The notes under the pieces: generated by a model | What the model was told of the DNA's origin: nothing | The model's database searches: none | Seen by the model: the letters and a program-made list of their open reading frames with translations, nothing else | Position numbers and translations under genes: made by a program | In this document: one piece after another, positions 33,043 through 41,030 of the stretch | How positions within the stretch are numbered: the stretch's first letter is position 1 | How the letters are laid out: the number at the start of each line of letters is the position of its first letter | From: an uncultured bacterium | GTDB taxonomy: Bacteria > Desulfobacterota > Desulfobaccia > Desulfobaccales > 0-14-0-80-60-11 | DNA length: 64,000 nucleotides | Assembly (NCBI GenBank): GCA_937943575.1 | Contig: CALEAV010000007.1 | Span: forward strand, 80,508 to 144,507 | Direction of reading: 5' to 3'

Positions 33043-34628
33043 TCGCTCTCCTCCTTGCCCCGGCGAACCTCCCAGGTGCCGCCGAAGATCTCCAGGGCCT
33101 GTTGTTTCAGGGCCGCAAAATCCACCGCCGGCGGGGGACCGACCGGCGGCGGGGGGTCGGCTTCGGGCTTCTCCTCCACCTCCACCACGACTTCCAGGTC
33201 CGGGCCGAAAAAGCCCTGCACCAGCTCCCGGAAGCGGTTCTCCTGCCGCGGACCGACAAAATGGAAGGGCCGCGGGGCACTCACCCACAGGCGCCCCCCC
33301 TCCCGGCGCCGGGGCCGGAGGGCAGCCAGCCTGGCGGACAGGGGGCCATCCTCCCGCTTTTTGACATAGGCAAGGAAGGCCCGCCAGGTGGCCTCCAGGT
33401 CGTCGCCCCCAGGGGCCTCCGACGGCGTCGCTGCGGCGCCCCCGGGCTGCGGCCGGGCGGCTGCCGGCTCCGTCAGGCCGGGAGCCAGGCGCTCTGCCAG
33501 GGCCTCCAGCCGCTGGAGCCACTCCGCCACCGGAGTCAGGGGCTCCAGGTGGATGAGGCGCAACAGCAGGACTTCCAGGGCCAGGCGGGGCTGCGGCGCC
33601 CGGCGCAGCTCCTCCTCGCCCTCCAGGAGCACGCTCAGCAGGTTGTGGAGGTGCACCGCCGGCACCCCCCGGGCCAGGCGGGTGAGTTCCTGCCACTCGC
33701 TGTCCGCCACCGGCGCCAGACTCCGGGCCTCGGGGTGCATGCCGGCCAAAAGCAGGTGCCGGGCATAGCCCACCAGGTCCTGATAAAACCGCTTGAGATC
33801 GTGGCCGTGGTTGTAAAGCTCCTCCACCACCCGGAGGGCGGCCAGTCCGTCCCGGCGCAGCACCGCCTCCAGGGCGGAGAGCAAGGCCCGGCGCTCCGTC
33901 ACCCCCAGGATGCGGGCGATCTCCTGGGCGCCCACCCGGGTGCCCCCGAAGGTCACCACCTGGTCCAGGAAGCCCTGGGCGTCCCGCAGGCTCCCCTCCG
34001 CCTCCCGGGCAATGAGGCTCAGCCCCTCGGGCTCGATCTCCCAGCCCTCCCTGGCCGCCAGGGTGGCCAGGTACTCCTGGATGGCGCCGGTGGGGAGGCG
34101 CCGGAAGTCATAGCGCTGGCAGCGGGAGAGGATGGTGGCCGGCACCTTGTGGGGCTCGGTGGTGGCCAGGATGAAGACCGCATGGGGCGGCGGCTCCTCC
34201 AGGGTCTTCAGGAGGGCGTTGAAGGCCTCCTTGGTGAGCATGTGCACTTCGTCGATGATATAGACCTTGTAGGTGCCGGCCGCCGGCGCATACTTGATCT
34301 TCTCCCGCAGGTCCCGCACCTCGTCGATGCCCCGGTTGCTGGCGCCGTCGATTTCCAGCACATCCAGGCTGGCGCCGCTGGTGATCTCCCGGCACTGGGG
34401 ACAGGCGTTGCAGGGCGCCGGGGTGGGGCCGTGGGCGCAGTTCAGGGCCTTGGCCAGGATGCGGGCCACGGAGGTCTTCCCCACCCCCCGGGGCCCGGAG
34501 AAGAGAAAGGCATGGGCCACTCGTCCCTGGGCCAGGGCGTTTTTCAGGGTGCGGGTGATGGGCTCCTGGCCCACCACCTCCTCAAAGGTCTGGGGCCGCC
34601 ACTTCCGGGCCAGGACCTGGTAGGTCAT
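33039..34628 (-). CDS. dnaX: DNA polymerase III subunit gamma/tau
   Basis: YQVLARKWRPQTFEEVVGQE, Walker A GPRGVGKTS, zinc module C..C...C..C, SRCQRYDF. Confidence 0.95.
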   Translation of the reverse strand: MTYQVLARKWRPQTFEEVVGQEPITRTLKNALAQGRVAHAFLFSGPRGVGKTSVARILAKALNCAHGPTPAPCNACPQCREITSGASLDVLEIDGASNRGIDEVRDLREKIKYAPAAGTYKVYIIDEVHMLTKEAFNALLKTLEEPPPHAVFILATTEPHKVPATILSRCQRYDFRRLPTGAIQEYLATLAAREGWEIEPEGLSLIAREAEGSLRDAQGFLDQVVTFGGTRVGAQEIARILGVTERRALLSALEAVLRRDGLAALRVVEELYNHGHDLKRFYQDLVGYARHLLLAGMHPEARSLAPVADSEWQELTRLARGVPAVHLHNLLSVLLEGEEELRRAPQPRLALEVLLLRLIHLEPLTPVAEWLQRLEALAERLAPGLTEPAAARPQPGGAAATPSEAPGGDDLEATWRAFLAYVKKREDGPLSARLAALRPRRREGGRLWVSAPRPFHFVGPRQENRFRELVQGFFGPDLEVVVEVEEKPEADPPPPVGPPPAVDFAALKQQALEIFGGTWEVRRGKEESE

Positions 34629-34765
34629 GGGGTCAGCATCCCAGGAGGGTGGGTCATGGATTTACGGGTCGGCCCTGCCCGACGACGCCGGGCCTGGCAG
34701 GGCATTGATGGCCGAGGAGGGGCGGCCAGAGGGGGCTGCGGCCCTCCTCCCGGAGCATCCCTGGC

Positions 34766-34858
34766 TGGCGGAGAGAGAGGGATTCGAACCCTCGGTGGGT
34801 CTTTTGGACCCACACACGATTTCCAGTCGTGCCCCTTCAGCCGCTCGGGCATCTCTCC
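34766..34858 (-). tRNA. tRNA-Ser (anticodon GGA), CCA encoded
   Basis: Reverse complement GGAGAGATGCCCGAGCGGCTGAAGGGGCACGACTGGAAATCGTG...GAGGGTTCGAATCCCTCTCTCTCCGCCA. Long variable arm, anticodon loop CTGGAAA. Confidence 0.9.
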
Positions 34859-34875
34859 GCATGGGTGAATGTGTC

Positions 34876-34969
34876 TGGCGGAGGGGGTGGGATTCGAACC
34901 CACGTGAGGGTGATGAGCCCCCAAGTCGATTTCGAGTCGACCCCGTTACGGCCTCTTCGGTACCCCTCC
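34876..34969 (-). tRNA. tRNA-Ser (anticodon CGA), CCA encoded
   Basis: Reverse complement GGAGGGGTACCGAAGAGGCCGTAACGGGGTCGACTCGAAATCGAC...GTGGGTTCGAATCCCACCCCCTCCGCCA. Long variable arm, anticodon loop CTCGAAA. Confidence 0.9.
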
Positions 34970-35058
34970 CGTTTCGTCAGGTGGTTGCCAATCTGTCCCG
35001 GGAGCAGGGGGCAAAGATAAAGGCGTTTCCCCTCTCTCCACCCCTCTTCCGCCCCCCC

Positions 35059-35571
35059 TTATTCTCTATTGGCCGCCGCCCTCCCCTCCCCCCGGGCCCG
35101 CCGGGCGCGAAAAAACTCCTGCAGGAGTTCCCGGCACTCCTCCGCCCGCACCCCCCCGGTGAGGGCAAAGCGGTGGTTGAGCCGCCGGTCCTCGGGGAGG
35201 CGATACAGGGACACGCAGGCTCCGGCCTTGGGGTCGGGAGCTCCGAACACCACCCGGGCCACCCGGGCCTGGATGAGGGCCCCCACGCACATCACACAAG
35301 GCTCCATGGTAACATAGAGGGTGGTGCCCGGCAACCGGTAATTCCCCACCCGGGCCGCCGCCTGCCTTATGGCCAGCACCTCGGCGTGGGCCGTGGGATC
35401 GTTCAGGGAGATGGGCAGATTATGGGCCCGGCCCCACACCTCGCCGCCCGGCCCCACCAGCACCGCGCCCACCGGCACTTCGCCCGCCGCCAAAGCCAGC
35501 CGGGCCTGATCCAGGGCCTCGCCCATATACTCCTCATCGGGGCGGCCCCCGGCCGGCACAGGGATGGACAC
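35059..35571 (-). CDS. tadA: tRNA-specific adenosine deaminase TadA
   Basis: CDA motifs HAEVLAIRQA and PCVMCVGAL. Start proposed at GTG 35571 (AAGGAG upstream); the ATG at 35526 is an alternative. The long upstream ORF extension is rejected. Confidence 0.88.
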   Translation of the reverse strand: MSIPVPAGGRPDEEYMGEALDQARLALAAGEVPVGAVLVGPGGEVWGRAHNLPISLNDPTAHAEVLAIRQAAARVGNYRLPGTTLYVTMEPCVMCVGALIQARVARVVFGAPDPKAGACVSLYRLPEDRRLNHRFALTGGVRAEECRELLQEFFRARRARGEGRAAANRE

Positions 35572-35588
35572 CTCTCTCCTTTCCCCCC

Positions 35589-35966
35589 TCAGGAGGGCTG
35601 GGCCAGCAATTCCTTGGCCCGAGCCTCGTATTGCCGGAGAAGCCTGGTTGCCTGAGCCTCCGCCGCCAGCACCTCGCCCAGCCGGGCTTTCTCTTCCGGG
35701 GTGCCGGGCTTCTCCAGGGCCTGCCGGCAGATCTCCTGCCGCCGGGCATGCCGGGCCTGCAGCAGCCGCAGGCGAAGAATCATCACCTGGGTGAGCACCG
35801 CGTCCGCCGCCCAGGGGAGATACCGGAGGGCGGCCTCGAAATCCTCCTCCTCCAGGGCCGCCAGCACCCGGTGCCGGTAGTAGCCGGCCGGCAGGAGGCC
35901 GGTGTCCGCCGCCACCGCGGCCACCAGCCGCCTGCCCAGGCCCACCAGAATGCCGACGCCGAACAT
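35589..35966 (-). CDS. Hypothetical protein, 125 aa
   Basis: Genome-typical G/C-ending codons by eye. Helical, TPR/coiled-coil-like sequence; no family recognised. Confidence 0.55.
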   Translation of the reverse strand: MFGVGILVGLGRRLVAAVAADTGLLPAGYYRHRVLAALEEEDFEAALRYLPWAADAVLTQVMILRLRLLQARHARRQEICRQALEKPGTPEEKARLGEVLAAEAQATRLLRQYEARAKELLAQPS

Positions 35967-36153
35967 GGAAAGCTCCGGGGGAGTCAGGCCGGGTTAACTT
36001 CCGGCCAAACATTGCTTGCTGGAGGCCAGGGGTGAGGGGGCTCCCCCCGCTCCTCCAAATTCCCCTCCCTTCCCTTTTAAGGGGTTGGGGGAGTGGGCCC
36101 AAGAGAGGGGGCAGGAGGCCATTGCCCCATGGCCCCCTCTCCCGATCTGATCC

Positions 36154-36477
36154 TTACGCCTTCTGGGCCGAGATGCCGGCGTCCAGAAGGTTGTCCAGGA
36201 TCTCCCGGAGCTCCGGCAAGTCATCGGTGAGCTCGTGAATGCGCCGCCTGACCTCCCGGTAATCCTGTTCGTCATACTCCCGGGCCTGGGCCAGGGTGTC
36301 CCTCAGGGCCTCGGCCAGGCGACGGTCCAGCCGCCAGAGGCCCGCCGCCGCGCCCAGAAGCTCCAGCAGGCCGTGGGTGATATGATGACCGGTGAGCTCC
36401 TGAATGGTGAGCTCGGCGGCCAGCCCCGCCAGAGCCCCCACCGCCGCGCCTTTCAGGGAGAAATTGCTGCCAGCCAT
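36154..36477 (-). CDS. Hypothetical protein, 107 aa (Gly/Ala-rich N-terminal amphipathic segment + acidic helical tail)
   Basis: ORF with plausible codon usage. GAAVGALAGLAAEL resembles YtxH/DUF948-type small stress proteins (weak). Confidence 0.55.
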   Translation of the reverse strand: MAGSNFSLKGAAVGALAGLAAELTIQELTGHHITHGLLELLGAAAGLWRLDRRLAEALRDTLAQAREYDEQDYREVRRRIHELTDDLPELREILDNLLDAGISAQKA

Positions 36478-36492
36478 GTCTCCTCCGCCTTG

Positions 36493-36783
36493 TCAGCCGC
36501 TCCCCGGGGACGCCTCATCCGCGGCCTTGAGGAGCGGTTTTTTCTGCGCCAGCCTCTCCGCCAGTTTTTCCGTTTCCGCCAGCATGCGGCCGATGTGTCG
36601 GTCCTTCTCCTGCAGGCGGCGTTTCAGGGTGCGGACCTCCGCCGCCAGCCGGGCTTCCTCGGAGCTCCCCAGCCAGCGCCGGAGCCGGCCCACCAGCAGC
36701 GTGAGGCCCACCCCGAGGATAAAACCTAAAATCAGCCCCACAAGAAGGAGGTCCTGACCCCTGATCTCCATGCCCGGGTCCAC
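36493..36783 (-). CDS. Hypothetical membrane-anchored coiled-coil protein, 96 aa
   Basis: One TM segment (LLLVGLILGFILGVGLTLLVG) followed by RLRRWL and a charged coiled coil (LapA/DUF1049-like pattern, weak). Confidence 0.55.
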   Translation of the reverse strand: MDPGMEIRGQDLLLVGLILGFILGVGLTLLVGRLRRWLGSSEEARLAAEVRTLKRRLQEKDRHIGRMLAETEKLAERLAQKKPLLKAADEASPGSG

Positions 36784-36960
36784 TCACGGGTGAGGATTGA
36801 CGACGCCGGGGGCGCAGGCGGCTTCCTGCCCCCTCCCCCTCCTCCGGGGCGCCTTCCCCTTCGGGCCGGCCTCCCCGGGTCCGGGGCGGGGCCAGGGTGC
36901 CAAAGCCTGCCCCCCGCCCCTTTTGCCGCCGACGCCGGCCAAGCGTCTCAAATATACTTA

Positions 36961-36989
36961 AAATTACATCTTATCCCGGCGCCCGTCAA
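36961..36989 (-). promoter_or_regulatory. Possible promoter TTGACG-N17-TAATTT (minus strand) for the small-gene/tadA cluster
   Basis: Minus-strand TTGACG (36989-36984) and TAATTT (36966-36961) in the only AT-rich patch of the divergent spacer. Consensus match only. Confidence 0.35.
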
Positions 36990-37001
36990 TGAGGGGCGGC
37001 C

Positions 37002-37030
37002 TTGCCAGGCCGGGCGCACCGTGGCACAAT
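37002..37030 (+). promoter_or_regulatory. Possible promoter TTGCCA-N17-CACAAT upstream of purH-like gene
   Basis: TTGCCA 37002-37007 and CACAAT 37025-37030, 77 nt before ATG 37107. Consensus match only. Confidence 0.35.
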
Positions 37031-37106
37031 GAGGCCCACAGGCCGCCGCCCCTGCCGGGGGCCGGCGCACGGCCACATCCCACCTGTCGGCGCAAAGGAG
37101 AGGCCC

Positions 37107-38396
37107 ATGGGCGATTTCAAGGCCATGTACCGCACCATCCTCACCGACCATTTTCCGCCGGAGCTCACCATCAGCTTCGGCGACCAGAAGCTCATCTACC
37201 GCAAACGCACCTGGAAGATCCCCAATGAGAAGGGCGAGCTCATCGAAAGCGGCCTGCGCTACGGCGAAAACCCGGACCAGGAGGCCGCCCTGTACGAGCT
37301 CATCAACGGCAACCTGGTGCTGGGGGACTGCCGCTTCATCGAGCCGGGGCTCGGCCTCACCAGCGCCATTGACGAGGCGGCCATGCTCCAGGCCGGCAAA
37401 CACCCCGGCAAAATCAACCTCACCGACCTGGACAACGGCCTCAATATCATCAAATTCCTCTCCGCCAAGCCGGCGGCGGTAATCCTCAAGCACAACAACC
37501 CCTGCGGCGCCGCCTGGGGGGCCACCCTGGCGGAGGCCTACGACAAGGCCAACATGGCGGACCGCATCGCCGCCTTCGGGGGCTGCGCGGTCTTCAACCG
37601 GCCGGTGGACAAGGACACCGCCGAGCTCGTCAGCCGCAACTACCTGGAGGTGGTGGCGGCACCGGACTTCGAAGCCGGCACCCTGGAGATCCTCAAAAAA
37701 TCCAGGGACCTGCGCATCCTCCAGGTGCCCCGCTTCGACCGCCTCACCCAGCTCCTCACCAAACGCTTCGTGGATTTCAAAAGCCTCATCGACGGCGGCC
37801 TCATCGTGCAGCAGTCCCCTGTCTGCGCCATCCTGAACAAGGAGGACTTCAAGCCCGCGGTGGCGGTGCACCAGGGGAGGGAGTACCGGCCCAAACGGGA
37901 GCCCACCGACCGGGAGTATGAGGACCTCCTCTTCGGCTGGTGGGTGGAGCAGGGAGTCACCTCCAACTCCGTCCTCTTCGTCAAGGACGGGGTCACCATG
38001 GGCATCGGCACCGGCGAACAGGACCGGGTGGGGGTGGCGGAGATCGCAGTCTTCAAGGCCTACACCAAATACGCCGACAAGCTCTGCTTCCAGCGCTTCG
38101 GCATCCCCTACAAAACCCTGGAGCTGGAGATTTTACAGGGGAAAAAGCCGGTCTCCGACAAAGTGGAAATTGATCAGGAAACCGAGGCGGCCAAGGGCGG
38201 GCTGCGCGGCGCGGTGATGATCTCGGACGCCTTCTTCCCCTTCCGGGACGGGGTGGATGTGGGCATCCGCCAGGGCATCACCGCGGTCTGCCATCCCGGC
38301 GGCTCCATCCGGGACTGGGAGGTCATCGAGGCCTGCAACGAAGCCGAGCCCCCGGTGGCCATGGTCTTCACCGGCCAGCGGGCCTTCAAGCATTAG
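37107..38396 (+). CDS. purH: AICAR transformylase (AICARFT domain only; no MGS-like IMP cyclohydrolase domain)
   Basis: Start trimmed to MGDFKAMY (ATG 37107, AAAGGAGAGG upstream). LRYGENPDQ, ILKHNNPCG, GTGEQDRV, ISDAFFPF.DG, C-terminal FTGQRAFKH. Only about 58 aa precede the AICARFT core. Confidence 0.85.
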   Translation: MGDFKAMYRTILTDHFPPELTISFGDQKLIYRKRTWKIPNEKGELIESGLRYGENPDQEAALYELINGNLVLGDCRFIEPGLGLTSAIDEAAMLQAGKHPGKINLTDLDNGLNIIKFLSAKPAAVILKHNNPCGAAWGATLAEAYDKANMADRIAAFGGCAVFNRPVDKDTAELVSRNYLEVVAAPDFEAGTLEILKKSRDLRILQVPRFDRLTQLLTKRFVDFKSLIDGGLIVQQSPVCAILNKEDFKPAVAVHQGREYRPKREPTDREYEDLLFGWWVEQGVTSNSVLFVKDGVTMGIGTGEQDRVGVAEIAVFKAYTKYADKLCFQRFGIPYKTLELEILQGKKPVSDKVEIDQETEAAKGGLRGAVMISDAFFPFRDGVDVGIRQGITAVCHPGGSIRDWEVIEACNEAEPPVAMVFTGQRAFKH

Positions 38397-38469
38397 GCCC
38401 AGGCCGGGCGGGCCGGCGGTGGGTCCCCGCCCCCCGCCTTCGGCCCTCACCCCCATACAGGAGGGTTCC

Positions 38470-38787
38470 ATGAAAAAGGTCAACCTCTACGAGGCCCAGG
38501 ACTTCAGCGATACCGCCTTCAAGCGCTTTTTGGTGCACGATTCCCCCTATTTCAAAATCATCAATTTCAATTTCCGGGCCGGGCAGGAGCTCCCCCTCCA
38601 CTCCCACAATGTGGAGGGGCAGCTCAGCCTGGTGGTCCTGGAGGGGGAGGGGGAATTCCTGGGCAAGGACGGCGCCCGGCTTCCCGCCAGGGCGGGGGAT
38701 GTGCTGGTGTGCGACATCGCCGAGCCCCACGGCCTCAGGGCCGCCACGGACCTCAGGCTTCTGGTGACCATAGCCCCCCCTATTTGA
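38470..38787 (+). CDS. Cupin-domain protein, 105 aa
   Basis: Start trimmed to MKKVNLYE. Cupin motifs AGQELPLHSHNVEGQLSLVVLEGEGEF and GDVLVCDIAEPHGL. Confidence 0.75.
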   Translation: MKKVNLYEAQDFSDTAFKRFLVHDSPYFKIINFNFRAGQELPLHSHNVEGQLSLVVLEGEGEFLGKDGARLPARAGDVLVCDIAEPHGLRAATDLRLLVTIAPPI

Positions 38788-38975
38788 TGATTGTCACCAA
38801 CCTTGAGTGAGGAGGCCGGGAATTGCCGACCCCTGCCCCTCTCCCACGCTCTTTCCCCTTTTGCTGAGGGGCCTGATGTTCCGCCGCCCGCCAGGAGGGG
38901 GGAGGGGTTTCCCCGCGGCGGGCAAGCCCACGGAGGCCCTCAGGCATGCCCCTGAGGGTCGCAAGGAGAACAGAC

Positions 38976-39170
38976 ATGCCCAAAAGAGTGGTGGTGGATC
39001 AGGAGGCCTGCCTGGGCTGCGGCACCTGCGCCTCCCTGTGTCCGGATGTCTTTGAGCTGGATGAGGTTCTGGGGAAATCCCGGGTGCTCAAGCCCGAGGG
39101 CGGGGATGAAGCCTGCATCCACGAGGCCATTGAGGCCTGCCCGGCCTCGGCCATCTCCTGGGAGGAGTGA
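38976..39170 (+). CDS. Small single-cluster ferredoxin (CxxCxxC...CP type)
   Basis: Start at MPKRVVVDQEAC (AAGGAGA upstream). CLGCGTCASLCP ... EACPASAISWE. 64 aa. Confidence 0.8.
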   Translation: MPKRVVVDQEACLGCGTCASLCPDVFELDEVLGKSRVLKPEGGDEACIHEAIEACPASAISWEE

Positions 39171-39304
39171 GGCGAATCGGCGAGGCCGATCCAGATGGAA
39201 CCCCGGGCACCGGAGAAAAGCAGGGAGGGCCGGCACCTGCGGGGCCCCGTTCCCCAGGGCTAAAGGACCGGCGTTTCACCGGCCGGAGGGGCCGGGAGTG
39301 CCGC

Positions 39305-40153
39305 TCACACGCCGCCGCAGCCTTTGCTGCCGCGGCCGCCGGGCGGCCACCTCCCCCAGGAGGGCGGAGCGCCCCCAAGGCGGCCATCGTCCCGCACCCG
39401 GGTGGCGGCACACGCCAGGGAGAGGGGGCGGCCGTCCCGATGGCGGCCCGGCACGACCGGAACCCGGCTGCCGCAGCGCCTGACCCCGGCGGCCATCACC
39501 CGCCGGCAGCCCTGCCCATGGCGCTCCCGATGGCGTTCCGGGATGATGATATCCAAAGAGTGGCCCACGGCCTCCGCCGCGGCATAGCCGAAGATCTCCG
39601 CGGCTCCCCGGTTCCAGAGGCGGATGACGCCCTTCGGATCGGCAAAGATGACGGCGTCTCTGGCTTCTTGGATGATCCGGCAGCAGAGGTCCGGCAGAGG
39701 GAGCGTGGCGTTCTGCCCTCCTTCCCGGGAAGTGGCCAGTCCCTCCTCCAGAACCTCCTCAAACACCGGGGCGTTGTTCCACTCGGGGTCGCAGGCGGCA
39801 AAGACCAGGGTGACCGGGCCGTTATCAGCCCGTCGGGCCAGCTCCCGCAGCCCTGGCTGGGCCGCCTTAGCCTGCAGCTCCCGCCGGTAGCGCTCCCGGA
39901 ACTCGGACCAGCGGTTGGGATCGTGGGCAAACCAGCGCCGCAGCTCCTCGGAGGGGGCGAGTTCCTTAAGCCATGCCGTGAGGGCCGCTGCCTCCCGGCT
40001 CACCCCTCGGGGGCAGAGGCGGCCCACCAGAAACCGGGCCCCGTCCTCCGGGGCCGGCGGCTCACAAATCCCCCCCCATGATCCGGCCTGACGAGACCGC
40101 CCCCGGCTCCGCCGTGATAGAATGAGGCTGAGTTTCCCCGGACAAAAAGCCAT
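39305..40153 (-). CDS. DUF488-like domain fused to a PAS domain (start and C-terminal frame uncertain; possibly frame-disrupted)
   Basis: PEDGARFLVGRLCPRGVSRE..WLKELAPSEELRRWF.HD...W.EF...Y..EL matches the DUF488 pattern. It is followed by a PAS core DAVIFADPKGVIRLWNRGAAEIFGY...GHSLDIIIPE. A G8 tract (40070-40077) sits at the expected N-terminus and a G5 tract (39372-39376) lies near the C-terminus. Confidence 0.6.
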   Translation of the reverse strand: MAFCPGKLSLILSRRSRGRSRQAGSWGGICEPPAPEDGARFLVGRLCPRGVSREAAALTAWLKELAPSEELRRWFAHDPNRWSEFRERYRRELQAKAAQPGLRELARRADNGPVTLVFAACDPEWNNAPVFEEVLEEGLATSREGGQNATLPLPDLCCRIIQEARDAVIFADPKGVIRLWNRGAAEIFGYAAAEAVGHSLDIIIPERHRERHGQGCRRVMAAGVRRCGSRVPVVPGRHRDGRPLSLACAATRVRDDGRLGGAPPSWGRWPPGGRGSKGCGGV

Positions 40154-41024
40154 GCGGTACGAAGGCCCCATCTACCGGCCGCCCAGCGAAGCGGACAGCC
40201 TCCTCATCCAGGCCACCGTGGGCTGCCCCCACAACCGCTGCACCTTCTGCATGGTGTATAAGCAGACCCGCTTCAAGATCCGCCCCCTGGCGGAGATCCT
40301 GGAGGACCTGGAGCAGGCCCGGACCGAGTTCGGGAAGAGGGTCCGCACCCTCTTCTTTCCCGCCGGGAACACCATCGCCATGCCCACCCGGGATTTGGCG
40401 GCCATCTGCGCCCACGCCCGCCGCCTCTTCCCCAGGCTACAGCGGATCACCGTATACGGCTCCTCCCAGTTCATTCTGCGCCACGGCCGGGAGGGGCTCA
40501 AGGCGCTGGCCCAGGCGGGCTTGAGCCGCATCCACGTGGGGTTTGAGAGCGGCGACGACGAGCTGCTGGTGAAGGTCAAAAAAGGGGCCACCGCAGCTCA
40601 GCACATACAGGCGGGCCAGTGGCTTAAAGAGGCGGGGATGGAGCTGTCCGCCTATATCATTCTGGGGCTGGCCGGGCCGGAGGGGAGCCGCCGCCATGCC
40701 CTGGCCTCAGCCCAGGTCATCAACGCCGCCCAGCCTGCGTTCGTGCGCCTGCGCACCCTGGTGCCCAAGATCAATACGCCGCTCCTGCAGGACGTGCTCT
40801 CCGGCCGCTTCCGGCTCTGCGGGCCCCATGAGGTCCTTGAGGAGGCCCGCACCCTGATCAGCGCCATCGCGGTCCCCACCCAGGTGGTGAGTGATCATTA
40901 CACCAACTATCTGGACCTGAGCGGGCCCCTGCCGGAGGCCAGGGAGCGGCTGCTGGCCTGCATCGAGGCGGCCCTCAGCCGCCCGGAGGACACCTTCCGC
41001 CCCTTTTTCATCGGCACCCAGTAA
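40152..41024 (+). CDS. Radical-SAM protein, function unknown (cluster motif CX4CX2C)
   Basis: MRYEGPIYRPPSEADSLLIQATVGCPHNRCTFCMVY; TIM-barrel-like remainder (GNTIAMP, HVGFESGDDELL). Start set at ATG 40152; the ORF track starts at 40122. Confidence 0.8.
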   Translation: MRYEGPIYRPPSEADSLLIQATVGCPHNRCTFCMVYKQTRFKIRPLAEILEDLEQARTEFGKRVRTLFFPAGNTIAMPTRDLAAICAHARRLFPRLQRITVYGSSQFILRHGREGLKALAQAGLSRIHVGFESGDDELLVKVKKGATAAQHIQAGQWLKEAGMELSAYIILGLAGPEGSRRHALASAQVINAAQPAFVRLRTLVPKINTPLLQDVLSGRFRLCGPHEVLEEARTLISAIAVPTQVVSDHYTNYLDLSGPLPEARERLLACIEAALSRPEDTFRPFFIGTQ

Positions 41025-41030
41025 AGGGCC

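Noticed and set aside
33357-33363. dnaX programmed -1 frameshift site (CAAAAAG) about 105 codons from the dnaX C-terminus, reminiscent of the internal E. coli site.
   Set aside because: The heptamer is C AAA AAG rather than A AAA AAG. The -1 frame stays open to the end of the gene instead of terminating promptly, and no obvious downstream stimulatory hairpin or upstream SD was seen.
34629-34765. SRP (4.5S) RNA between tRNA-Ser and dnaX, a common ffs-dnaX linkage.
   Set aside because: The region folds into GC hairpins (GAGGAGGG...CCCTCCTC; GCCCTGCC...GGCAGGGC). It lacks the conserved domain IV sequence (GGUCCGGAAGGAAGCAGCC) and a GNAR tetraloop.
36990-37106. ZTP (pfl) riboswitch upstream of the purH-like gene.
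   Set aside because: The GACUGGCG, CCGGG and CCGCCUGGGC core elements are absent. Only generic GC-rich strings (CCGGGCGCACC, GCCGCCGCCCCUGCC) are present.
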